Shown here: piece after piece, positions 11,207 to 23,110 of the stretch
Position numbering within the stretch: position 1 is the stretch's first letter
Layout: each line of letters begins with the position of its first letter
Source of the DNA: Candidatus Latescibacterota bacterium
GTDB taxonomy: Bacteria > Latescibacterota > UBA2968 > UBA8231
Reading direction: 5' to 3'
DNA: 64,000 nucleotides
Assembly: GCA_965197905.1 (NCBI GenBank)
Contig: CBDAOB010000001.1
Coordinates: 64,001 to 128,000 of the forward strand
Notes under the pieces: generated by a model
The model's database searches: none
What the model was told of the DNA's origin: nothing
Seen by the model: the letters and a program-made list of their open reading frames with translations, nothing else
Position numbers and translations under genes: made by a program

Positions 11207-11975
11207 GTTTCCGCGCTTTCAACTGTTTGAGGTACGGGCCGAAACCGCTGTCGCCCAGCCAATAGGTCAACATGTTGGTTACACCTCTAGCGGTAATGGT
11301 TGCCCCCGAAATACCATCAACTTGATATCTCGATTCGAAACGCGAAGGATCCGCTTTGCCCTTGATGACGGTAATTCGCAGCTTGCCGCTCTCGTCGAAA
11401 GCGCTCTTGCCGTTCCACAGCGCTTTCCACGCCGGATTGTCCACCTCGCCACCGAGTCCGGGGGTTTCCATGTGTTCGTAGTAAACCAGAGCGCGTATCG
11501 TCGAGAGGTCGCGGGCATCAAGAGTGACGAAACCGTAAAGGGTGGACCAAAGTCCGAGCCCGTGCACTGGCAGAATGATCTTCCGGACCTCGTCGCCCTT
11601 GCGCACGAGATAGACCGAAGCCTGTTTCGCCCGGCGTTTGATATCCCCCAAGTCTTCTTCAGTTGGCACCTGGATGCTCGTCGCCGGATCCTTGGCCGCC
11701 CGGCGCTGATCGTAGGCCTGGGGGTCGATCCCTTCGGCGTAGTGACCGGTCTCCAGCTCGACCACCTTGGTTTCGATAGCCTCAAAAAGCTCGTCGATGC
11801 TCTTCTCGCCTTCCTCGAGCCCGGCAGCCATAAGGATATTGCGTTTTTTGTCGAGGCTCTTGTTGACCGTCTGAATCGGCCGCAAGTAGACAGCCGCACT
11901 CGAGACCAGCACCGAGCAAACGACACACAAAAGGAACGCCACGAAGAAGGTCTTGCCGATGGTTTCCTTAGCCAC
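11199..11975 (-). CDS. nqrC: Na+-NQR subunit C
   Basis: [20 protein letters not shown]-attachment motif DGISGATIT. Confidence 0.96.
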   Translation of the reverse strand: MAKETIGKTFFVAFLLCVVCSVLVSSAAVYLRPIQTVNKSLDKKRNILMAAGLEEGEKSIDELFEAIETKVVELETGHYAEGIDPQAYDQRRAAKDPATSIQVPTEEDLGDIKRRAKQASVYLVRKGDEVRKIILPVHGLGLWSTLYGFVTLDARDLSTIRALVYYEHMETPGLGGEVDNPAWKALWNGKSAFDESGKLRITVIKGKADPSRFESRYQVDGISGATITARGVTNMLTYWLGDSGFGPYLKQLKARKHG

Positions 11976-11998
11976 GATACACTTCCACTAGGTTGTTC

Positions 11999-13209
11999 TC
12001 ATGCTGCCGTTCGCAGCAACCGGCGTTTGATGTTCGCCTGAACCGCGAAATGGTCCAGGACCGGGGCAAATACATTTCCAAAGAGGATGGCGAGCATCAC
12101 ACCTTCCGGGAACGCCGGATTCACCACCCGAATCAGCACCGTCATGATTCCGATCAGCAAGCCGTACGCCCACTTGCCTGCGTTGGTCATGGTGGCAGAG
12201 ACCGGATCGGTGGCCATAAAGACCGTGCCGAAGGCGAATCCGCCAAGGAGGAGGTGCCACATCGGATCGACACCAAACATCGGATTGGTCGAGCTGCCGA
12301 TCGCATGCAGCAACGCCGCCAGTCCGACTGTCCCCACGGTCATGCTCAGCATGATACGCCAGGACCCAATGCCGGTGGCAATGAGAATAAAAGCGCCGAT
12401 GAGACATGCCAGGACCGAGGTTTCACCCATCGATCCGGGAATGACCCCCAGAAACGCTTCGATGGGGCTCATGCTGCTAAGGTGGGCGGCGAGGCCGTCC
12501 GCCGGCACCAGACCCAGTGGAGTCGCGTGTGTATAACCGTCCACCGCCACCCAGATCGCGTCACCCGTAATCTCGGCCGGATACGCGAAATAGAGGGAAG
12601 CGCGCGAGGTGAGCGCGGGATTCAGAAAATTCTTGCCGGTTCCGCCAAACACTTCCTTGCCGATAATGACACCGAAGGCAATGCCGATCGCCACCTGCCA
12701 GAGCGGGATGGTCGGCGGCAACGTCAGCGGGAAGAGCAAACCGGTAACAAGGAATCCCTCGTTGATATCGTGGCCGCGTATCAAGGAAAAGATCGCTTCG
12801 ATGGTACCGCCGACGATCATACATACCAGGTAGACCGGCAGAAAATAGAGGGCGCCGTGGAAGATGTTCGAGACGAAACTCCCCGGGCTGTATGGCACCT
12901 CCATTGCGTCCATTACGACGCCACGCCAGCCGCCCGCCGACTGCAGGCCCATCTGCTCCATCGCGATGTGGACCTGATAACCGGTATTCCACATCGCCAT
13001 GAAAACACACGGAATGAGCGCCACAACCACGGTGATCATCATGCGCTTGAGATCGAGCCCGTCGCGTACGTGGGAAGCCCCACTGGTGACCTGCCCTGGC
13101 GTAAACAGAAAAGTGTCTGTGGCTTCGAACGCCGGATACAGCTTTTCCAGCTTGCCCCCCTTGGTGAAGTGGGGCTCGGCCGCATCTAGCATGTCGCGCA
13201 GGAACTTCA

Positions 13210-13210
<1 letters not shown>
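11999..13210 (-). CDS. nqrB: Na+-NQR subunit B
   Basis: [50 protein letters not shown]. Confidence 0.97.
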
Positions 13211-14583
<1,373 letters not shown>

Positions 14584-14638
14584 CTAAGGTGGGATAAACC
14601 CCAGAAATATCTGGCGATTACACCCGAAGTCAAGCGCA

Positions 14639-14667
14639 AAGATAGAGAAGGCCCCGGGTATCGTCAA
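14639..14667 (-). promoter_or_regulatory. Putative sigma70 promoter for the nqr operon
   Basis: TTGACG-17 nt-TATCTT on the minus strand ~80 bp upstream of nqrA, beside an AT-rich tract. Confidence 0.55.
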
Positions 14668-14904
14668 ATAACTTTTCAGCTCTAACCGCGATTCTCATCA
14701 TTTACTTATCTATTTAAAAATCAACTACTTGAGCGTCGTGACCGAAGTGCGATAGAGAGCTACACTCGGGTTCGTGCCTTGGTTTGCTTGCCGTCGGAGA
14801 GCAAAACGCATTGCTTCTTTCGGTATGAACGGTTCGCTCCGAACAGGGCCGATCACCGGCCGAAAACCCCCGAAAGAATCCATCGCGCGCAAGGGTCGCC
14901 TACC

Positions 14905-15849
14905 GTGACCAGAGACGAGGTTGCCGAGCTGTTTCGGACCCCTCTGCTCGATCTGGTTTTCAGGGCGGCCGCTTGCCATCGCCAGCATCACCGCAGCGAT
15001 GAGGTGCAACTCTGCACGCTGCTTTCGGTGAAGACAGGAGGATGTTCAGAGGACTGTGGTTACTGTGCACAGTCGGCCCATTTTGAGACCGGCCTGGAAC
15101 GTCAGGAACTGCTGCCGTTGGATGAGGTCATGAGCGCAGCGCGGGCAGCGAAAGAGGCCGGCAGCACCCGATTTTGCATGGGGGCCGCGTGGCGCCAGAT
15201 TCGCGATGGAGAGGAGTTTGAGCGGCTCTTGGAAATGGTTCGCAACGTCGCCTCGCTGGAGATCGAGGTGTGTTGCACCCTTGGCATGGTCACGGCAGAT
15301 CAAGCCCGCAGATTGAAAACCGCCGGCCTCACGGCGTATAACCACAACCTGGATACCGGGGAAGAATTCTACGACAGGGTCGTGACGACCCATAGCTATG
15401 CCGACCGACTGCAGACGATCGGCGTTGTGGGCAAGGCGGGCATCTCCGTCTGCTGCGGCGGCATTCTCGGAATGGGTGAGTCGGATGACGACCGCATAGA
15501 TCTGCTGTTTACCCTGGCCACCTTGCCGACGCAACCGGAGTCGATTCCAGTAAATGCGATCGTACCGGTCAAGGGAACCCGTATGGGCGAGCGGCACCCT
15601 CCTTCGACCCTGGAGCTGGTGCGAGTTATCGCCGTGGCGCGAATCCTAGTGCCGACGGCGATGGTGCGACTCTCCGCCGGACGCGATCGATTCACCGACG
15701 CGGATCACGCCCTCTGCTTTCTGGCCGGAGCAAACTCGATCTTCACCGGCGACAAGCTACTTACCACTCCGCATCCGGGTCGGGAAGCAGATGCCGCGCT
15801 CCTGGATCTCTTGAACTTGCAACCCCGTTCGCCTAGTGTGCTGTCGTAG
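14905..15849 (+). CDS. bioB: Biotin synthase
   Basis: Radical SAM motif CSEDCGYC, RFCMGAAW, YNHNLDT, VRLSAGR, GANSIF.GDKLLTT. The GTG start at 14905 is inferred (ORF is open from 14779). Confidence 0.95.
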   Translation: MTRDEVAELFRTPLLDLVFRAAACHRQHHRSDEVQLCTLLSVKTGGCSEDCGYCAQSAHFETGLERQELLPLDEVMSAARAAKEAGSTRFCMGAAWRQIRDGEEFERLLEMVRNVASLEIEVCCTLGMVTADQARRLKTAGLTAYNHNLDTGEEFYDRVVTTHSYADRLQTIGVVGKAGISVCCGGILGMGESDDDRIDLLFTLATLPTQPESIPVNAIVPVKGTRMGERHPPSTLELVRVIAVARILVPTAMVRLSAGRDRFTDADHALCFLAGANSIFTGDKLLTTPHPGREADAALLDLLNLQPRSPSVLS

Positions 15850-15902
15850 AGATAAGTTGACAGATTTCTGCGACAGCACACTTAGCTCCGAGCCCACGCT
15901 GA

Positions 15903-17204
15903 TCAGATAGTTTTCACCACCTCGGCAATACAATCATATATCGCCTCCGTTTGCTCACGCTCGATGCAATAGGGGGGCAGCACATAGATCGTATTGCCGA
16001 TCGGTCGCAGCAGAAATCCGCGCTCGAGAAAACTAGCGGCCAGGGCCGTGGAGGTCGGACCGAGATAGCCACCACCTCCTTCACCCGATACCAGATCGAC
16101 AGCCGCAATGGTGCCGCAGACACGAGGCCGCTCGAGCCGGGGGTCGGAGGCCAGCCTCGTCAATCCTTCGCGGTGCCACAACTCGATCTCAGCAAGTTTC
16201 TCACTCTTTCCCTCCAGCAACTCCATCGATGTGAGCGCGGCAACGCAGCCCAGCGGATTTGCGTTGTAGGAATGGCCGTGGAATAGGGTTTTGCGCAGGT
16301 CGGTGCTGCGGAAGGCGTCGAATATCGCTTCCGTACACACGGTCGCAGCCAACGGCAGGAACCCTCCGGTGAGTCCCTTGGCCAGACAGACCAGATCGGG
16401 AGCCGTACCTGCCTTTCCGCACGCGAACCAGGAACCTGTGCGACCAAATCCGACCAGTACCTCGTCATAGATCTGGAGGATTTCGAAACGCCTGAGCAAC
16501 TGTTCGAGGCGGACAAGGAACTGGGGGCGACAGATGCGCATCCCAGCAGCCCCCTGGACCAAGGGTTCGATCACCATGGCGGCGTAATGCTCGGATCGGC
16601 CTGCTAGCAGGCTCTCGAGCTGCTCTAGGGTCTTGTCCTCCCGCTCTTGCGCCTCGCGATCTCCGATGTAGGTCGCGGGAAAATGCAGGTAATCTGCTGC
16701 GAAGAGCAGCTCTTCGAACGCCTCGCTGAATCCCGCACGCGAGCTCACCGACATTGCCCCCACCGTATCCCCGTGATATCCCCCTTCGAAGGCGAGGAAA
16801 CGAGAGCGCCCGGAAACGCCCAGGTTGCGCCAGTACTGGACTGCCATCTTCAAGGCCGTTTCCACCGCCGTGGAACCGTTGTCCGAGTAGAATACCCGGG
16901 AAGATCGGTCGGGCAGCTTCTCGACCAGTTTCCGCGCCAGGTCCTCCGCCGGTTGATGGGTGAACCCGGCGGCGATCACCTGCTCGAGCTGTTTTGCCTG
17001 GCCGGCGATCGCCCGCGCAATCGACGGTTCACAATGGCCGTGGAGATTCACCCACCAGCTCGAGATGCAGTCCATCACCTGGCGCCCATCCTCCAGCTCC
17101 AGCATCACCCCTTCGCCAGCGCGCACCAACCCTGGCGAAGGGGCGCTCTCCATCTGAGTAAACGGCATCCATACGCGAGACCCGGCTTTCTGCTTGCCAC
17201 TCAT
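15903..17204 (-). CDS. bioA: Adenosylmethionine-8-amino-7-oxononanoate aminotransferase
   Basis: VWMPFTQM, SSWWVNLHGH, YHGDT, DEVLVGFGRTG, KGLTGG, HGHSY. Confidence 0.96.
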   Translation of the reverse strand: MSGKQKAGSRVWMPFTQMESAPSPGLVRAGEGVMLELEDGRQVMDCISSWWVNLHGHCEPSIARAIAGQAKQLEQVIAAGFTHQPAEDLARKLVEKLPDRSSRVFYSDNGSTAVETALKMAVQYWRNLGVSGRSRFLAFEGGYHGDTVGAMSVSSRAGFSEAFEELLFAADYLHFPATYIGDREAQEREDKTLEQLESLLAGRSEHYAAMVIEPLVQGAAGMRICRPQFLVRLEQLLRRFEILQIYDEVLVGFGRTGSWFACGKAGTAPDLVCLAKGLTGGFLPLAATVCTEAIFDAFRSTDLRKTLFHGHSYNANPLGCVAALTSMELLEGKSEKLAEIELWHREGLTRLASDPRLERPRVCGTIAAVDLVSGEGGGGYLGPTSTALAASFLERGFLLRPIGNTIYVLPPYCIEREQTEAIYDCIAEVVKTI

Positions 17205-17833
17205 GCGTCCTCCGCCAGCTGTTCTCGGAAGAGCCGCAGCAATCCCGCACCATCTACGGTCTTCAACGGCTCGATTTCTGCCACCACCGGCAATCGTCCA
17301 TAATGCTCGATCGCGTCGCGATTACTCGAGTTCCGCGGGCCGTTCATCACGACGCCGATCAAGTCGAGGCCGGCCTGCCTCAGCTGCGCCACTGAAAGCA
17401 GGGTGTGGTTAATCGTACCCAGCGATGATCGCGCCACGAGAAGCACCGGAAGCTCGAGTTTCAACATGAGATCCACCATGGTCTGGTGGCGATTCAGCGG
17501 AACGAGAACCCCACCCGCGCCCTCCACGATCAACGGCTGTCCTCCTTGAGGGAGAGATATCTTCTCCAACGATATGGTGGCCCCGGCCATTGCGGCGGCG
17601 GCGTGGGGAGAAAGGGGGGGATCGAACCGGTACGCTTCCGGATGAATGCGCCCGGGTGGCAGATCGAGCACCCGGCGCACCCAGCTGGAATCGGTGGTTG
17701 CGGAGCACCCGGTCTGCACCGGCTTCCAGTAGTCAGCCTCCAACCCGATGGTCAGAGCCGCCGCGACCAGACTCTTGCCGACCCCGGTGTCGGTACCGGT
17801 GACGAACAGGCGATCTGGCAGCAGGGCACCCAT
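17201..17833 (-). CDS. bioD: Dethiobiotin synthetase
   Basis: TGTDTGVGKS, KPVQTG, VEGAGG, LGTINHTLL. Confidence 0.96.
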   Translation of the reverse strand: MGALLPDRLFVTGTDTGVGKSLVAAALTIGLEADYWKPVQTGCSATTDSSWVRRVLDLPPGRIHPEAYRFDPPLSPHAAAAMAGATISLEKISLPQGGQPLIVEGAGGVLVPLNRHQTMVDLMLKLELPVLLVARSSLGTINHTLLSVAQLRQAGLDLIGVVMNGPRNSSNRDAIEHYGRLPVVAEIEPLKTVDGAGLLRLFREQLAEDA

Positions 17834-17882
17834 CGGTCAAACCGACCAGATCGACGGGTGGCCACCCAATCCGTGCAGGATC

Positions 17883-19067
17883 TCAATCCTGCCGTTCACG
17901 CCAAGCTTCCAATAGGTCGGCAACGTGGTCTACCTGGTCGGCATGGTGCTCGGCGCTAATGGTGAGGCGGAGCCGGCAGCTTCCCTTTTCCACGGTGGGC
18001 GGTCTCATGGGTACGGCGAAGATTCCGTTATCCTCGAGCCATGCGGCCAACCGAATAACTTCCTGTTCCCCGCCGACGATGAGCGGCACAATCTGCGAGC
18101 TGGATTTCCTGCAATCCCAGGAGCGCGAACGCAAGGTTGTCAGCAACCTTGCGGCATTCTTCTGAAGTCGCTCACGTTCGCCGTCCATGGTCGGCACCAG
18201 ATCGAGGGCCGCGTCGATGGCACCCAGCACCCCCGGTGGCAAGGCAGTGGAAGAGATAAAACCGGAGCAGCAGTTGATGAGATAACTGCGCAGACGCTCG
18301 GAGCAGGTAGCGAATGCTCCAAAGGAACCACACGCCTTTCCAAAGGTTCCCACAACCAGATCGACGTTCGGATCGCAGGCCAGACCCGAGCCATGAGGAC
18401 CCAGCACACCGAACCCATGGGCATCGTCGACGATGAGAAAGGTGTCGAACTCGTCCCTCAGCGCCAGCAGCGACGGGAGATCGCAGCGATCCCCTTCCAT
18501 GCTGAACACGGACTCGCTAATCACGACTATCCTCTCTGTCGATCGCGCCCGCAACCTGCGCAGCTGATCACGCAATTGATCCATGTCATTGTGGGCATAA
18601 CGCCGGATGGTCGCCCGGCTCGCCAACGCGCCGTTCACCTGGCTGCTGTGGCAGGCTCGATCCATAGCGACGAACGAGTGGCGATCGCAAAGAGCCGGCA
18701 ATAGCGACGTATTCGCCTGGTAGCCGGAATTGAAAATCAGCGCGCTGGCGGCGCCTTTCATTGCCGCAAGTTTGTTCTCAAGCTCGCTCACAAGTGGGCT
18801 TGTCCCGCACACAAGACGCGAGGCGGTGGAACCAGACCCGCTCGTCCCGATCTGCTCAATGGAGCGCCGCTTCAACTCTGGATGAAATGCCAGTCCCAGA
18901 TAGTCGTTCGAACTGAAGTTGACCAGGTTGCGCCCGTCGACCTCTATCCGACCGCCGGGAAGCGGTTTCACATCGCGCAGGTGTCGCAAACGATGTAGCG
19001 CTCCGCGACGTTCAAGCTCGCGATCGACGAAGTCGTAACGGCTGGTTTTCGAGGGAGTAACGGTCAA
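17883..19067 (-). CDS. bioF: 8-amino-7-oxononanoate synthase
   Basis: NFSSNDYLGL, SGYQAN, ESVFSMEGD, DDAHG, GTFGKA, RPPTV. Confidence 0.94.
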   Translation of the reverse strand: MTVTPSKTSRYDFVDRELERRGALHRLRHLRDVKPLPGGRIEVDGRNLVNFSSNDYLGLAFHPELKRRSIEQIGTSGSGSTASRLVCGTSPLVSELENKLAAMKGAASALIFNSGYQANTSLLPALCDRHSFVAMDRACHSSQVNGALASRATIRRYAHNDMDQLRDQLRRLRARSTERIVVISESVFSMEGDRCDLPSLLALRDEFDTFLIVDDAHGFGVLGPHGSGLACDPNVDLVVGTFGKACGSFGAFATCSERLRSYLINCCSGFISSTALPPGVLGAIDAALDLVPTMDGERERLQKNAARLLTTLRSRSWDCRKSSSQIVPLIVGGEQEVIRLAAWLEDNGIFAVPMRPPTVEKGSCRLRLTISAEHHADQVDHVADLLEAWRERQD

Positions 19068-19076
19068 AATACCACC

Positions 19077-19105
19077 TTGTCTGCGGCTGCGCTGAATGCT
19101 ATAAT
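19077..19105 (+). promoter_or_regulatory. Putative sigma70 promoter for panB
   Basis: TTGTCT-17 nt-TATAAT with an extended -10 TG, 40 bp upstream of the panB ATG. Confidence 0.65.
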
Positions 19106-19145
19106 TGTAGACACCATTTTCGATCTTGTGTGAGACCGAGGAACC

Positions 19146-20054
19146 ATGTTTTCCAAGTCGGCGAAGTCAAAAATTACGGTATCCCATTTGCAGGTCAAAA
19201 AAAATGAGGGGCGGAAGATCTCCGCCTTGACCGCCTATGACTATCCCACCGCCCGACTCCAGGACAAAGTGGGCATAGACGTCATTCTGGTTGGTGATTC
19301 GCTCGGCACCAACGTGCTCGGCTATCGCACAGAGCACGAGGTCACCCTCGACGACATTCTGCATCACAGCAAGGCGGTGCGCCGAGGCGTCGAACATGCC
19401 TTTGTCCTGGCCGATATGCCGTTCATGTCCTACCAGCCATCTGCTGAGTTGGCGCTGATTAATGCCGGGAGGTTGATGCAAGAAGGTGGAGCTGACGGAG
19501 TGAAGCTGGAAGGGGGCATCCGCATTCTGCACCAGATCGAAGCTTTGATCGCCGCCGGCATACCCGCGATGGGACATCTCGGATTCACTCCCCAATCCAA
19601 AACCAGAGACTACTACCTATTTAGCGAAGGGCGTGGAACCGTACCGAAATACCAGGGAAAAGGTCCTCAGGGGGCGAAGGAGATCTTCGACGAGGCGATG
19701 ATGCTGGAAGACGCCGGAGTTTTCGCTATCGTGCTCGAGCAGGTAACCGAGGAGGCGGCCCAGATCATCTCCCAGCGCCTGACGATCCCCGTCATCGGCA
19801 TCGGCTCGGGGCGCTATTGCGACGGCCAGATTCTGGTGGTCAACGATCTGTTGGGACTGAACGAGGACGTGCCACTGCCGGCCAAAGCCTACACCTCGTT
19901 GAATGGCAAGCTTCGCGATAGCTTCACTGCATACCGACGGGAGGTGGAGGCTGGTCAGTTCCCGGCCGGGGACAACGCCGTGCACATGGAATCTGGGAAA
20001 TTGCAGAAATTCCAGGACCTCTTGGGCGAAAAACAAGAGGAACAAAAACTGTAG
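19146..20054 (+). CDS. panB: 3-methyl-2-oxobutanoate hydroxymethyltransferase
   Basis: LTAYD, LVGDSLG, ADMPFMSY, VKLEGG, GHLGFTPQ, IGIGSG..DGQILV. Confidence 0.96.
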   Translation: MFSKSAKSKITVSHLQVKKNEGRKISALTAYDYPTARLQDKVGIDVILVGDSLGTNVLGYRTEHEVTLDDILHHSKAVRRGVEHAFVLADMPFMSYQPSAELALINAGRLMQEGGADGVKLEGGIRILHQIEALIAAGIPAMGHLGFTPQSKTRDYYLFSEGRGTVPKYQGKGPQGAKEIFDEAMMLEDAGVFAIVLEQVTEEAAQIISQRLTIPVIGIGSGRYCDGQILVVNDLLGLNEDVPLPAKAYTSLNGKLRDSFTAYRREVEAGQFPAGDNAVHMESGKLQKFQDLLGEKQEEQKL

Positions 20055-20167
20055 CTCCCTGGTCGTCATTACCCCGAACGCATCTACTTCAGCTGACACA
20101 CGAGATCCATAACGAGTGTCCGGGCGCGCTGCCCCCGCGCTCCGATTTCCCGAAAACGGAGGTATAA

Positions 20168-21697
20168 GTGCATCTCAGATCGATCGCAATTGCCGCGTTT
20201 CTGGTGGTGGTCGCCGCCTCGTCCCAGGCTTGGGGACAGGACGTAGATAACACCTGGATCCAGGACAGGCTGGCGAAACTCGACGATTTCTTCGGCGCCA
20301 CGGTGGCCGTGATGGCCGCAGTACTGTTTGCCGATTTCGGCACCGGCTTGCCGCTGATAGTCGCGGTGCTGTTGGCCGGCGGCATCTACTACAGCTTTTA
20401 CTTCGGCTGGATGTCGATCCGCGGGTTCAAACATGCGATTCACGTCATTCGTGGACACTACGACAAACCGGACGATCCGGGAGAGATCTCCCATTTTCAG
20501 GCTTTGACCAGCGCGCTCTCGGCAACCGTAGGCCTGGGCAACATCGCCGGGGTGGCCATCGCTGTCAGCATCGGTGGGCCAGGTGCCATCTTCTGGATGC
20601 TCGTCACGGCCGTTTTCGGCATGTCCTCCAAGCTCGCCTCGTGCACGTTGGCGGTGATGTACCGCAAGGTGAACGCTGATGGCCACGTCTCCGGCGGACC
20701 GATGTATTACCTGGAGAACGGTTTGAGGGAAAAGGGGCTGTACCCCACCGGACGCACGCTCGCGGTGCTGTTTGCGCTGCTGACCATCGGGGGCAGCCTG
20801 GGTGGCGGCAACATGTTTCAGGCCAATCAGACGCTGGAGATTCTCGGCACTGTGTCGCCGGCGTTCAAAACCTACAACTGGGTGGTAGGAATCGGCTTGG
20901 CCGCCGTCGTAGCGGTCGTCATAATCGGCGGGATTCGGCGCATCGGCAGGGTCACCTCGCGCATCGTGCCCTTCATGTGTCTGCTCTACGTGATTACCTC
21001 GCTGATCATCATCTCCTCGCACATCGGCGAGGTACCCGCCATGCTGGCGATGATCATCAGTCAGGCGTTCGACCCGACCGCGGTTTATGGAGGATTCCTC
21101 GGCGTGATGGTGACCGGCATTCGACGGGCCGCATTCTCGAACGAGGCCGGCCTCGGGTCAGCAGCTTTCGCTCATGCCGCGGCCAAGACCGACGAGCCCG
21201 CACGGGAGGGCATGGTGGCGATGATCGGTCCGTTCATCGATACCATCGTGATCTGTCTCATGACCGGCATGGTCTGCATGGTCACCGGTATCTACAACGT
21301 CCCCGAATTCCAGGGACAACAGGGGACCGCGGTAGGGGTTCGGATGACCGCGGCCGCCTGGGATTCCTTCTTCTCGGGGGCGCGTTACATCCTGGCGGTG
21401 GCGGTCGTCTTCTTCGCCTACTCCACCATGATCTCCTGGTCATACTACGGCGAGCGCGCCTGGGAGTACTTGTTCGGGGCCCGGTCGACGCTGGTCTATC
21501 GGGTAATCTTCGTCTGTTTCGTTTTCATGGGATCGGTTGCCGCGCTCGGGAATGTTCTGGATTTCTCGGACATGATGATCCTGGGCATGGCGTTTCCGAA
21601 CATTATCGGAGGTGTGATCCTCAGCCCACAGATCAAAGCGGTTCTCCAGGACTATTGGAAACGTCTGAAATCGGGCGAGATGGTGGATTATCGCTAG
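20168..21697 (+). CDS. Alanine/glycine:cation symporter (AGCS family)
   Basis: ATVGLGNIAGVA, GGPGAIFWM, GGPMYYL, FSNEAGLGSA, FIDTIVIC. Confidence 0.93.
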   Translation: MHLRSIAIAAFLVVVAASSQAWGQDVDNTWIQDRLAKLDDFFGATVAVMAAVLFADFGTGLPLIVAVLLAGGIYYSFYFGWMSIRGFKHAIHVIRGHYDKPDDPGEISHFQALTSALSATVGLGNIAGVAIAVSIGGPGAIFWMLVTAVFGMSSKLASCTLAVMYRKVNADGHVSGGPMYYLENGLREKGLYPTGRTLAVLFALLTIGGSLGGGNMFQANQTLEILGTVSPAFKTYNWVVGIGLAAVVAVVIIGGIRRIGRVTSRIVPFMCLLYVITSLIIISSHIGEVPAMLAMIISQAFDPTAVYGGFLGVMVTGIRRAAFSNEAGLGSAAFAHAAAKTDEPAREGMVAMIGPFIDTIVICLMTGMVCMVTGIYNVPEFQGQQGTAVGVRMTAAAWDSFFSGARYILAVAVVFFAYSTMISWSYYGERAWEYLFGARSTLVYRVIFVCFVFMGSVAALGNVLDFSDMMILGMAFPNIIGGVILSPQIKAVLQDYWKRLKSGEMVDYR

Positions 21698-21699
21698 TG

Positions 21700-22899
21700 T
21701 CAGTCGACGGTAGACGTTTCCAGCTGAGCGGCTTGAGGCACCATCTCCGTAACCCTGATCGGCGCTCGCCCAGCCGGTGCGCCGCGGGGATGCGGTCCGC
21801 GCTGATAGTGACTGATTGCCTCGAGGGCGAGACCGTAGTCGGCGGAGCTTTGCCACAGCAACCAACCTTTCGCTCCCCCATCAACAGCGGCAGCAATCTG
21901 TTCGGTTAGATAGGTGCGGTCGATGTTCGGCACCCTATACGGGAACGCCTGCAACCACGGACGCACCTCAACACCGTGGGCCGCCGCCAGCTGACGCAAG
22001 CGCTCGCAACCCTGGTTAACGAAGTAGTACGGATGCTCCGCCGGGTTGACGACGTCGTCGAAGCCGGGATAAAAATGGGAGGGATAGAGCATTGGCGATA
22101 CCACGTCGAGATAGGGCAGCAGTGCAGCCAGGTCTTGACCGGTACGGTTTATGTCCGCCTTGCGCTTCCACGCCACCACTCCAAACAGATCAGCGGATAG
22201 CCGCACCTCGGTTCCCGTCAGGATCTGTCGAACGCGACCCACGAACTCCGTAATGATCTCCCGCTTCGAGCTTTCCCGCTCGTCGAACGCAAACACCGCT
22301 TCGTCGACCCGCCCCGCCGTGGGGAATCGAACGTAGTCCAGCTGAATCTCATCGACACCGAAAGCGGCCACTTCGCTGACGAGGTCGAGGATGTATTGCT
22401 GCACTTCGGGCAATGACGGATCGAGCCAGGCCAGACGACCTCTTTCCCGCCACAGCTCCATCTCACCTCGGGTGTGCGGCACCAGGTCCGGCCGCGCTGC
22501 GGCCAGGTGCCGGTCATAGAAGCAGCTGATACGCGCCACGGTGTAGATTCCGCGCGTCTCCAGCTGCGCCACCAGTCCGGCGGGATCGGCAATGGAGGCT
22601 CTCCGGGAAGCGCCGATTTCTATCGCCAACGGCACCCTCGATAGGTAGCTCAGCTCCCCCGGTTGATCCTTGATATCGAAAACGATGGTGTTGCCCCCCG
22701 CAGCCACCAGGCTGTCCGCCAGATCGAGAAATCCAGCCCCACCCGCAACTCCTGCGCTGGCGTAGATGCCCCGACACGGTTGTCCCTGCACCTGCTCGGC
22801 TCGCGCCGGGCTTCCGACCCCAACCAGCAGAATCAACGCCGCCAAGCCGTGCAGAACGCGTCTGACCCGCCGTGATATTATCATTTTCGCCATTTGCAC
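21700..22899 (-). CDS. Exported putative glycoside hydrolase (DUF4015/GHL-like TIM barrel)
   Basis: Signal peptide (..PARA), NTIVFDIKD, DEIQLDYVRFP, SPMLYPSHF, RPWLQAF. Start uncertain. Confidence 0.75.
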   Translation of the reverse strand: MQMAKMIISRRVRRVLHGLAALILLVGVGSPARAEQVQGQPCRGIYASAGVAGGAGFLDLADSLVAAGGNTIVFDIKDQPGELSYLSRVPLAIEIGASRRASIADPAGLVAQLETRGIYTVARISCFYDRHLAAARPDLVPHTRGEMELWRERGRLAWLDPSLPEVQQYILDLVSEVAAFGVDEIQLDYVRFPTAGRVDEAVFAFDERESSKREIITEFVGRVRQILTGTEVRLSADLFGVVAWKRKADINRTGQDLAALLPYLDVVSPMLYPSHFYPGFDDVVNPAEHPYYFVNQGCERLRQLAAAHGVEVRPWLQAFPYRVPNIDRTYLTEQIAAAVDGGAKGWLLWQSSADYGLALEAISHYQRGPHPRGAPAGRAPIRVTEMVPQAAQLETSTVD

Positions 22900-23110
22900 A
22901 ATGTTTTAAAAATTAACGACTTATACATAATACCACGGCTCCGGATATCGAGCAATAGGGATTCCTCGCTGCGGCTGTATCGAGGGGTTCCGGAAAACGC
23001 TCCTCGGACGGGCAACCCCAGCCGATCGCGGGGTTTGTTTTTTGCCGCAACCCTCCGCATTCGTTAGCTTTTTCTCTTTCCACGAGGAATTCGCCAAGCG
23101 AGGATAGTCC

